Of a DNA stretch of 64,000 nucleotides, positions 46,696 through 56,815 are shown piece after piece. The translations under genes were made by a program, and so were the position numbers. Under the pieces are notes generated by a model, which saw nothing but the letters and a program-made list of their open reading frames with translations, did not search any database and was not told the origin of the DNA. The stretch lies in the NCBI RefSeq assembly GCF_000281045.1, contig NW_008246096.1, positions 101,727 through 165,726 on the forward strand, read 5' to 3'. The DNA comes from Saprolegnia diclina VS20. Its lineage: Eukaryota. Each line of letters opens with the position of its first letter. Position 1 is the stretch's first letter.

Positions 46696-47074
46696 GGCGT
46701 GCTCAGCTGGCGTGCTCGCGATCCAAATTTCGCACTTGAGGTTGGACCGTCGAAAAGGGGCTGAACGCACGCAACTTTCTCCATCAACCCGGCGCCCGTG
46801 GGGCCACGCCCAGCTGGGCCACACCGACGCGATTGAGATCGCCTGCTGCGACAGTGGCGGTGACCCACCACACTGGATCTACTTCCGAGAGTCGTACAGC
46901 TCTGGGCGTCTAGGGAGGTGCGTGCAGACGACCCTAAGGTGATTAGTTGCGTGAAAATAGAAGCCGATTTGGACAGCAAAGGAAGCATCAAACTTTAGGA
47001 TTAAAATATGAAATCGGAGCTCCGATCAAGCGAAACTCGGATCGAACTACACTCTAATTGTGCACTCGGACCAC

Positions 47075-48595
47075 CTACTTCTTGGCGCTGGCACGAGTCG
47101 TCTTCTTGGCCGGCGCAGCCGCCGCGACCTTCTTGGGCGCAGCCTTCTTGACCGGGACAACCTTCTTGGCCGCGGCCGCCTTCTTGGCAGGCGCAGCTTC
47201 CTTCTTGGCAGGCGCAGCTTCCTTCTTGGCAGGCACAGCTTCCTCCTTGGCGACCTCCTCCTTGGCAGCCTCCTTCACCGGGGTAGCCTTCTTGACAGCT
47301 TCCTTCTTGGCGGGGGCTTCCTTCTTGGCGGGGGCTTCCTTCTTGGCGGGGGNNNNNNNNNNNNNNNNNNNNNNNNNNNNNNNNNNNNNNNNNNNNNNNN
47401 NNNNNNNNNNNNNNNNNNNNNNNNNNNNNNNNNNNNNNNNNNNNNNNNNNNNGGGGGCTTCCTTCTTGGCGGGGGCTTCCTTCTTGGCGGGAGCTTCCTT
47501 CTTGGCGGGAGCTTCCTTCTTGGCGGGAGCTTCCTTCTTGGCGGGAGCTTCCTTCTTGGCAGGAGCTGCCTTCTTGGCAGGGGCCGCCTTCTTGGCAGGG
47601 GCGGCCTTCTTGGCAGGGGCGGCTTCCTTAGCAGCCTCCTTCGTCGGGGAGGCCTTCTTGGCAGCTTCCTTGGTGGGGGTAGCCTTCTTGGCAGCCTCCT
47701 TCGTCGGGGTAGCCTTCTTGGCAGCCTCCTTCGTGGGCGTGGCCTTGGCAGCTTCTTCCTCCTTCGGGGTCTCGACAGCCTTGGTCTCTTCTTCGGCTTG
47801 CTTGGCCTTCTTGGCGGCCGGGGCCTCCGTCGAGATGTCTTCGCTCTTGCGCTTGATGTTGATTTCGGTCGGGAGCTTGGCCGAGTTGGGCAGCGCGTTG
47901 TAGATCGGGAGCGCCATCGAGTCGTTCGTCTTGATGCTGATCGACTTGATGTTCTTCCACTTCTTCGGGACGTAGCTCACAATAATCTCCGTGCCGTCGA
48001 TGATGTTGTCGACAATCTGGCTCAGCTCAAGGCCGTCGTGGGCGATCTTGACGTTGAAGCACGGGCCCGTCGAGACAAACATGGCGGTACCCGCGAGCAC
48101 GCGGCGAATCGGGTCGCTGACGTTCTTGGCCGAGACGTCGACCGTGCGCGGCTGCTTCTTGGCATCGAAGAACGTCTTGCCAAGGAGCGTCTTGAGGTAC
48201 GGGAGCACACGGTCGTCGGCGAGGAAGGTCGCGAACGACGCCTTGAGCTCGCGGCGGTCCTTGAACTGGCCAAAGTGCTTCTTGAGCTTCTTGATGCCCA
48301 TGACCTTGGTGAGGCCGTCGACCGGGTCCTGCGCCAGCGCCTCCTTGATGCGCTTCTTGTCGGCATCCTTGACGAAGAGGCAGGCTTCGCCATCGGCGCG
48401 GATCGAGTGCGGGAGGTCGATCAAGATGGGCTTGAGCGACGACTTGGGCGGGACCGTGTTGCGCGTCACGATGAGGCTGAAGACGTTGGCGTCCTCGACG
48501 AGCGCCTGCTTGGCGGCCGACGCCCGCTTCTTCTGCAGCACCTGCTGCAGCGCCTCGACGGCCTTCGTCACTTGCTCGCGGTCGACCTGCTCCAT
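47075..48595 (-). CDS. RSL1D1: Ribosomal L1 domain-containing protein 1 (RSL1D1/Cic1/Utp30-like) with long Lys/Ala/Pro repeat tail
   Basis: QVTKAVEAL, CLFVKD, FLADDRVLPYL..LLGKTFF..KKQP, WKNIKSISIKTNDSMALPIY. The tail is interrupted by an assembly gap. Confidence 0.9.
   Translation of the reverse strand: MEQVDREQVTKAVEALQQVLQKKRASAAKQALVEDANVFSLIVTRNTVPPKSSLKPILIDLPHSIRADGEACLFVKDADKKRIKEALAQDPVDGLTKVMGIKKLKKHFGQFKDRRELKASFATFLADDRVLPYLKTLLGKTFFDAKKQPRTVDVSAKNVSDPIRRVLAGTAMFVSTGPCFNVKIAHDGLELSQIVDNIIDGTEIIVSYVPKKWKNIKSISIKTNDSMALPIYNALPNSAKLPTEINIKRKSEDISTEAPAAKKAKQAEEETKAVETPKEEEAAKATPTKEAAKKATPTKEAAKKATPTKEAAKKASPTKEAAKEAAPAKKAAPAKKAAPAKKAAPAKKEAPAKKEAPAKKEAPAKKEAPAKKEAPAKKEAPXXXXXXXXXXXXXXXXXXXXXXXXXXXXXXXXXXPAKKEAPAKKEAPAKKEAVKKATPVKEAAKEEVAKEEAVPAKKEAAPAKKEAAPAKKAAAAKKVVPVKKAAPKKVAAAAPAKKTTRASAKK
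47160..47750 (-). repeat. Coding tandem repeats: 18-bp units (AKKEAP/AKKAAP) and 30-bp units (KKATPTKEAA)
   Basis: Repeated CTTCCTTCTTGGCGGG(G/A)G units on both sides of the gap, and four ATPTK/ASPTK units at about 47630-47750. Confidence 0.9.
47353..47452. other. Assembly gap (100 N) inside the repeat array
   Basis: Run of exactly 100 N, likely a placeholder of unknown true length. Confidence 0.98.
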
Positions 48596-48657
48596 TTTGA
48601 TTATCTGGTTTTACTGGTCGGGACCAATCGCGCCCCGGGATTTTTATCCGCCCTTCG

Positions 48658-48665
48658 TATCCGGA
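48658..48665. promoter_or_regulatory. TATCCGGA motif flanked by CCAAT boxes upstream of RSL1D1
   Basis: About 63 nt upstream of the ATG at 48595. CCAAT at about 48624 and 48691. Confidence 0.5.
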
Positions 48666-50118
48666 CACCCCGCCAGTGGTTTCTCGCCATCCAATTGGCT
48701 GGCAAACCAAACGACGCGCTTTTCACACGCTCGACCGCACGGACGTTCGCCACGTTCTGGCGACTCGTGCACTCGACCGAGGTACCCTCTTCTGTCGCGA
48801 GCGCCGATGTAGCGCGCGGACAGCGGACGCGGCAATCGCGCGCGCAGTGTACGTGCCCCCGCTTCCCGCCAAAAGATCTGAGATGAGAAAACCACACGTG
48901 TGTGTGAGCGGTGTGTGTGTTTTCCTGGCGATGTGGTTTTTACGACACGGCACGGAAATAGTGTGGCGGCGAGGCACTGCAACGGCGCCAGCGCGCGGAT
49001 GTGTGTGGGATATAGTATGACTAGGCGGCGCTGCATGGAGACGGCGGTGCTGTGGACATGCGTAGAGGGGTGTTAGCAAGACGCAGCCGAGAATGCATCC
49101 TGGCTGAGTGATCGTGGGTCCACCGATGAACTAGGGAGTGACGATGACGCTGGCTTGTCAGTCGATTGCACAATGCCATTTCGCAGCTATTCCATGCCGC
49201 TGGCCACTATATTAGTGCATGGATACTTCACACTTTGCTTCCGCGACCGACGGCCACTGGGTCGTTGACCAGTTTGCGCAGCTTCACCGCAGTGGCTCCA
49301 TCAAACCACACAAGTGACTTTGAGTTTATTACACTGGTGCCATGCTTCTGCTGTCGTGCTAGCCGCTAGCGCCAAGGACCACATAGGATGAAGTCTTCGC
49401 GCTGCTTGTATGACAAGCGCAAACATGCTAACGTTAGCTCGGAGCGAGACGTCGAAATGCGAGGAGCCACAGTGACGGAGCGTTCGCAATTGCAGCACGT
49501 GCAGAACGCCACCTTTGGCCTCATAGATTGATGAGCGAGACATCCGTTCCTTCCTTCTTTGGGCGTTCCACGTGTCCAATAGCAAGGTTACACTCATGCT
49601 ACAATGCGAAAGCGATGGGCGGCGCCATGGTTCTTTAGCAAAATTGAAGTAAAACAATCGACACCTTCCTAGGACCGTACCGTATATACTGTTAGAAAAA
49701 GGTCCGACAACGGGTGTACCACTGCTCAAGGATGGCGTTTTGGTATGAGCTTTTTTGTTGTTCGCAGAAGTGACAATGCACAGTATTGTCATCCTTTGGC
49801 CACGTGCGTCGCGACAGCGTCCTGCGCTCGTTCGGTGGCGAAACCGGTAGCATCGCCTGGCTGCCGACGGGCATACGAAAAGCAAGTCGGTGAAGGCAAC
49901 TCTTGTCGACGCAGAAGCCGACAGCACCATCTGGACGTGTGTCGCAGCTCGCATGAGACTTGCGGTTTGTATATTAGACTTGGTCTTTGTAGGTACCTGT
50001 ACCATCGCAGCTGGAGTGTGAAATCTGAAACCTCTCAGATCTGATACTTTTGGGCAATTTAAACCGGCCCAACCGGCCTGGACGTGTTTTTATTCTTGAT
50101 ATCTTGCGTTTTGTAGGA

Positions 50119-51528
50119 ATGTGGAATAAAAATAGTGAGGTATTCGTTTTTTGCTTCATCTTCCGAGTGCTGATGACATCCCTATTTGCAGCTCCAGGAG
50201 AACGAAGGGGAGGCCTCATGAACTCGAGCCCGCCCGCGAAACTCAGCATCGGCGTCCCGCCCGCGCGGTCCCTCTCCGAGAGCATCGCCATCAAGAAGGA
50301 GCCGGAAGACGTCTCCATGCGCAAGGACAGCATGGGCTGGATCTCGGACGACTTTATGGGCATGATCAATCACACACCGCCGGCCTTCTCGCCCGGCAGC
50401 TTGACGCTGCCATCGACCAAGCGGAATCGCAGCGGTAGCATCTCTGGGCGTCTGCTCAGTGCCTCGGACCTTGAAGAGAAGGGCTTCATTGACAGATACC
50501 AAAAGGGCGTCTTGAAGGTATTGTGTAGCCGTTGCTCACAGCCCCTAATGGCCTCCGCAGGACCTCATCATCAGCGGCGACGAGAAGCTGCAAAAGGCCC
50601 TCGAAACGTTCGAGCAAGGTGACCCGACGGCGCTTGAAGGTACGCCATTGTCTGCCATCTCACCCTCGAGCTCACGCCCTCGTAGCACTTCTCGACAGCG
50701 GCGCCTTGAACCGCAAGACGTCGGTCGACTTGCTCGACGACCTCGACCTTGGCTTCCTCAACGTTGGCTCGCTCGGCGACACGCCCAAGGAAGAGGTACC
50801 CTTTAGCCCAACCGCATGCCCGCATCTCATGATGACGCGCTACGCTAGTACACGGCCCGGCAAACGCTCGACGAGTGGGATGAGATTGGCTTTGAGCCCT
50901 TCTCGGAGATTACAAGCCGTGATTTATTGGAAGGTAGAGTGACCTCTCCCTGTCTATCAGAACTCATAGCATGTGCGTAGCGGGCGACTTTTACTCGTCG
51001 TCGCTCGGCAACTCGCTGCCAAACTCGTTGCCCTCGATGGGCATGGGCATCACGCCGCCCAACGCCTTTAGTTTTGCAGATGACTTTCTGGATCAGTCCT
51101 CCAAGGTACGACAACAAAGACTTGGTCGCAACGCTCACACCTCTCTCTAGCTGTCGAGCCCGACGTCGAGCGAGAACGTCAAGGCCGAAGACGGCAACGC
51201 CAGCATGTCGACGTCGCGGCCGATCGGCATTCCTGGCTCGGCCGCGACACAGCCGCGGCTCGGCGCGTCGGGGTTCATTGGCGGCATGGTCGGTCTCGGC
51301 GGCGGCCTCAACGACTCGGAGAAGAAGGCATTTGTGGGCGCGTACTCGCCCGAGTCGCGGCGCAAGCGCGTCGAGAAGTTTCTCGACAAGCGGCAGAAGC
51401 GTGTGTGGCGAAAGGAAGTCAAGTACGACGTGCGCAAGAACTTTGCCGACTCGCGCCTCCGAGTCAAGGGCCGGTTCGTCAAGAAGGAGGACGAGCAGTT
51501 GCTGCGCGAGTTGCTTAGTTTTACCTAG
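50119..51528 (+). CDS. CCT-domain (CONSTANS/CO-like/TOC1) nuclear protein, multi-exon; start at 50119 or 50218
   Basis: C-terminal CCT motif RRKRVEKFLDKRQKRVWRKEVKYDVRKNFADSRLRVKGRFVK. Conserved upstream block SGRLLSASDLEEKGFID..QKGVLK|DLIISGD. Confidence 0.85.
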
Positions 51529-51542
51529 TCGTGCTTTGAACC

Positions 51543-54135
51543 TCATGTTGTTGTCGTTGCGGGTGTTGCGGCATCGCTCTTGTTGCACGCGCAGTCGCAC
51601 GCGGTCGAGAGACAGTTGTCGAGCGTCCACGTCACTTGCAGCGCGTGCTTGGCGTGGCACTTGGCCGCACACACGACGCAGAGCTCGGCAAGGTGGCAGG
51701 TGCCGCACATGTACAGCACGCGGAGGCAGTCGGAGCGCAACGACTTGGTCGTGGTCTTGGCACTGCACTCGCTTGAGGCTACGGGACGCTGCTATACATG
51801 GTCATACTCTCGTCTTCGTACCCGAGAGCAAGCTCGTGTCGAGTGGAGGCCGCTCAATCTTGTTCAAACCCGCTGCAATGACCTGTGAACCTTTGCAAGG
51901 GCAGTTGGTGCAGCATACCTCGGTCGCCCCACACAAACGTCCGCTCGTGCCCCGCGACTGCGCCAATGACGTGGATGCCCTGCAGGAACACCTACGCAAC
52001 ACGCAGATATTACAAGAACGAACGTGGCAGGACGCACGCGACGAGGGTATAGAAGCGACGCGGCTCGAATGTCGTGGACTGCCGACGTGTCGGGCTGCGA
52101 CCCATGGAGCCCGTGGCCCCAGACCCAGACGTCGCCGTCGACTACAAAAGTCGTGTACGACGATGATGGAAGGCGCTGAAGACGCACTCGTGATGGCGAG
52201 CGAGTGCCGCGCACCGGCGCTGACGCTCGTGATCTTTTCGCTTTTGAGCTCGTCGATGGCGCGCGGCACTTTGCTGTTCCAATTGTCGCGGTGCCCGAGC
52301 TGCCCGTGCGCGCCAAGGCCCCATGTATAGACGAACGCGCCGTTCTTTGGCGTCGGGATCGCTACCATCGTCGTGTCGACTTGGCCGACGCAAGCGACGT
52401 ACCCGAGAGCGCAACGATGTGGGCGCCGCCGCATGAAATGGCTTTGATTTTCTAAATAGCACCAATAAGACGAATAAGAACGGATCGACGGTGTCGACCT
52501 TGCCACGCAACCCGCCGACGCGTGTCGGCTTGGGCTGATCTGCGCGGTCGTCACCATTGCCGAGGACGCTAGAAGAAGAGAATGTGTCGTGCGACGCTCG
52601 ACGATCCAGTCGGCGGTACGTGTATTACCCGTGCTCGCCCGCGCCCCACACAAACACTTGGCGCGCGGCCAGGTTGTCTAATGTACGAATCTCAGATGCG
52701 AGCCGAGAGCATCTCTGTCACCGGTGAGCGCCACCGAAAACTCATCACCGGCACCGATCGCCGCCACAAAGAAGCGGTCAAATGCATCGAGTCGGACAGG
52801 CTCCCAGTGGTCCTCAGTCGTGCCTTTGGCGAAGTTGCTGTCCTCAACGTCTGATCGCAAAGGCGTACCGGTGCCGAGCTTGCCGTGTCGGCCGCCACCA
52901 AACGCAAAAAGCCCGTGGTGATCTGTGAGCGCCAAGACGTGCTGCCGACCGGCCGCGATCTGCGTGACGCGGAAGCTTGCGAGCGCAGCAACCACGCGCG
53001 GTGTGGCTTCAGACGCAATCGAGCCATGGCCCAAGACACCCCGGTCGCCGCGCCCCCACGAGTACACTAGACTCCATAAACCCAACGTCGTCCAAGCGTC
53101 TCGTACGTCGGTTGTGCTCGTTCATGTCTTTGGTCGCGTCCAAGGTGACCAAGGTGGACCGCTTTCGCCGCAGTATGGCGGGCTCCTGTACAAATCATCA
53201 TGGTCTCCAGCAGCAGCTTGGCGCCGCTCACTTGTGCCTCGCGCTCCTTGGCCTCAGCATCTGCGTTGGCTTCCTGTGGTTTGTCTACGCACCGCGTTGA
53301 CCGGTGCTTCGCCAGCTGTACCTACCGATGAGCGCAAACGAGGCGTACTCGGTCGCTGCGATGGCAATGATCTTGGAGCCGGTGAGGGGCGGGAACACGT
53401 GCATGACCGAGACCGGCACGAGCTCCTCCGTCTCGGCCGACGGTGTCGGCGCCGTGCCAAGCGCATGGTACGTGTTGTCGCCACACGCGAAAAGCTGGTG
53501 CGAGTCTAGCACGATAGAGGATCGATATTGCTCGAACCCACCTGCACCCTGTGAGGCAAAGATTGTACGAGTACCGGCGAGGAGGAGCGTATGGTATTTC
53601 CCCGACGCGACCTACGACGTCGCAGCGGTGAGAGACGAGGGCTCGTGCACGTCTTTACAGCGCGAAACTTGGCGTCGCGCTCGATCTTGGTCTTGCGCCG
53701 CGACGCGTCTTCAACGACAATTATCTCTCGCACCGGCGGCGCCACCTGCGGCTGTAGCACAGGCTCGGTCGATTGCGTGCAGAGCGCACCGCGCTCGGCG
53801 CAGCCCCAATGGTACATGATCCACTACGACCGAGAGGACTTGAGAGAAGGCGTGCGTAGCAGTCCTGTACTTGGTCGCGCGGCCCGACGACCGTCGCGTT
53901 GATGTCGCCAATGCGCCACTCTTCCTTGCGCACTTTGAGGCAGTCGCGGCAGTAGCAGCCCGTTTGGCCCGGCGAGTGCACCGTCTTGTCCGAGAGCTAT
54001 GACGTGGCAGCGTAGTACGCATGCGTGCACATAGACGCGGCGTACACCCATGTATTCATTTGATGGCTTTTTCACTTCGTTCAACTTTGCTTGCAGCTGG
54101 AGGCGCGCGCGGACTTGCTTGCTAAAGTCATCCAT
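51543..54135 (-). CDS. RCC1-repeat protein with C-terminal Cys/His (UBR-box-like) zinc finger (multi-exon)
   Basis: RCC1 repeats VYSWGRGDRGVLGHG, QIAAGRQHVLALT, VYTWGLGAHGQLGH and SVSAGARHSLAIT. C-terminus YMCGTC...LCVVCAAKCHAKH...CDC. Confidence 0.8.
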
Positions 54136-54536
54136 CGCACGACCGTTATTTCCGCCAACGCTCTTGCCGGCTGCAGCTTGTATCCTCCATGTTGGCATTA
54201 AGTCACGATGCGCAAGTCGGCTGCTACCGCTTTCGTTTAGGAGCTAGGGAAGCGGCAACAAGGGACGCGAACTTGAAGGCGAAGTGCAAATGGCGTGTTT
54301 TTATCCACATCGGTCGGCGTGTCTTTGGTGAACCGATAGTGAACCGGTTGCGCATCACGCAACCTTTGCTCACCACACACGTCACAAATCGATTAAAATG
54401 AGCTGCCAGTATACAAATATCCAGTGCTGCGTGCGCCGGTCCCCCAATAGAATTAAATTTTTGACGGCCATTGAAATATAATATTTGAAAGAACCGGCGG
54501 ATCTCCATTTTCCGACTCGCTCGTCGTCGACGCACG

Positions 54537-56754
54537 ATGACGGCAAGGACGCCCTCCAAGGCGCACATGTGAGCTTGATGCAAGCGAGGGCCTGAGGTTG
54601 ACGCGTGTATGTGCATGGTAGGCACGAGCTGCACAAGCGCCAGTCGCAGTCCACCACCCACGCCGTGCAGACCGAGACGGTCGCCACGCAGACCGACGCG
54701 ACGGGCAACCCGGGCACGGGCAGCAAGAAGAAGAAGAAGAAAAAGAAGAAGAAGAAGAAGAGCGATACGATCAGCGAGCTCGCGAGCGAACGCGCGAGCG
54801 AGATTGGCCTCGAGGACGAGGAAGGCCATTCGGATAGTGAGGTAGAGAACCCTTGAAGATGACCGAGTAGCCGCCTATCAAGCTCCGATGTAGGACGAGT
54901 CGGTGACCGTGCTTGTGCGCAGCCATCGCTCCAACAGCGCTGAAGTCGAGATCGAGCGCAGCCAGCATGGCACTACCGTCACCGAGATCCCGTCCGAGCG
55001 CGAAGCCTACTTGAGCCTTCCGCTCTCGGTGCGTCTCGAGAAGGCGGCGTCGCACCCCGACTTTAAGGCTGGCCTTCATGGCCTTCTCGAGTGGAGCAAT
55101 GCGCACCTTTCGCCGGACGTTGTCGACATCTTCTTCCAGAGCAAGGCGCTGAAGCTCCTTCTCGAGAATCTCTTCCGCGTCTGCCCCGTGCACAGCCATC
55201 TCTTTGACAGCCTCACGGCGCTCTTCGCCAACCTTTTCGCGGGCACGTACCCGTTTGAGCTCGCGGACGGCCGCAAGACGGGCAACATCAAGGCTGCGCG
55301 GCTCGTCGTCCAAAGCATCCGCTCCACTGTCGACTCGCTGCGGTCGCTCAAGCGCTACAAGGACAAGGCGCCGATGGTCGCGTCGCTCATCCCGCAGGTG
55401 TCGGCGTCGCTGACGAAGCTCATTGTGATCCACCAAGCGCAGAACGCGCTGCAGCCCTCGGACGGCTACGACCTCGCCAACAACATTCTCAAGCTCGACG
55501 AGACGCTGCAAGGCATGATTGCGACTGAGAATGCGATCCGCGGCCAGACGATCCGCGACACGTTCCGCCGCCGGGACCTGCGCGCGGACGCAGTTGCCGT
55601 CAGCGGGCAGCGCATGACATCGCTTCTGTCATTGGTCGTGCAGGCCAATGCAAAGCGTGCGACGAGCGTGGCCGCCACGCCCGAGCTGGCGCCGTCGGCT
55701 GCCGGCGGGATCCCGGCGCTGGACCTCGACGGTCAAGACGTGACGTCGATCGAAGCGCGCTTGAGCCAGCTCCACAAGGAAAAGGTCGCGCAGCTCGCGC
55801 CGTGGCAAGAGAAGAAGGACAAGGTCTCGAACGAGCTCATGGAACTCAAGCTTCTCCAAGACGAGCTCCGCAAGAAGCTCGCGGACGTCGACTCACGCCT
55901 GCACATCTTGCAGCACCTCCATGGCGACGTACGCTTTTCTATCAACGGCAGCGTGGGCTCATCCTTCAATACTGTAGATGGTCGGTGAGATGGCTGCGAT
56001 TGACGCTACGTTCGAAGACGAGATTGGCCGCTTTGGCGCCGACAACATGGGAGTCGTGAGCCACCTCCAAGGCGTCGAGAAGAAGCAAGAGATTGTCGGC
56101 GCCTTCCGCGGGCTCCGCACGACGCTCGACGACCTCTCGGCGTCGGCGCTCCGGCACAAGGTGTCGGGCACGACGGCGCAGCACCTCGAAGGCGTTTTGC
56201 GCTACGTCTCGGCGCAGGCCATTTGCGTTCAGTTTACGAAGAACCGGATCGTGGACGCCGACACGAAGCGCACCAAGCTGCAGATGGAGATGCAGGCGAC
56301 CGAGTCGTTGGGCGACGACGCGAGCAGCCTCGTGCAGCAGATTGCAGAGCTCAGCGCGCTCATTGCCGAAGACACGAAGAGCCTCCGCGCCGACATGGCC
56401 CGCGATACCGACCTTCGGACGCAGCTCGATGCGTTGTTGGCGACGCTGCAGAGCGAAGGCGCAAAGGACGAGGCGACGGTGAACGACGTGACGGTGGCCG
56501 AGATCCACGACCTCTTTGCCAAGATCTTTGGCGTCTATGCGCTCTACGAAGGATCGGCCGACGAGCACGATACGACCGTCGTTGAGCCCTCCGCTGCGCC
56601 GTCCGTTTTGGCGACCGAAGAAGACGAGCTTGAGATGCAGATCACGCAGGAAAACCTCGCCCGACTCGAACAAGGTACTATCTATCTATCGGTGTGCAGC
56701 CCGGTCTGACATGAATGCTTAGGGCAACGACCGACCCGAGCGGCCAAGCACTAA
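54537..56754 (+). CDS. Helical/coiled-coil hypothetical protein with TQT motifs and poly-Lys tract (about 5 exons)
   Basis: Spliced start MTARTPSKAHM|HELHKRQSQSTTHAVQTETVATQTD...SKKKKKKKKKKKSD. Long exons 54903..55988 and 55978..56709 contain heptad repeats. Confidence 0.7.
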
Positions 56755-56815
56755 TTCCTCACATACGGACAAGCGGAAGCCTTATATCTACTACTACTAC
56801 AGTTGAGTGTTACAC

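Noticed and set aside
47013..47026. 14-bp palindrome ATCGGAGCTCCGAT
   Set aside because: Single occurrence with no supporting context, compatible with chance.
47160..47750. Repeat array as CRISPR or mobile element
   Set aside because: No unique spacers. The units are in-frame coding repeats of RSL1D1 in a eukaryotic gene.
48880..49800. GT-rich tract and small inverted repeats (AAAACCACA/TGTGGTTTT; TGACAAT/ATTGTCA) as ncRNA or MITE; ORF 49301..50005
   Set aside because: The stems are short, with no target-site duplication or second copy, and the ORF has no coding signature.
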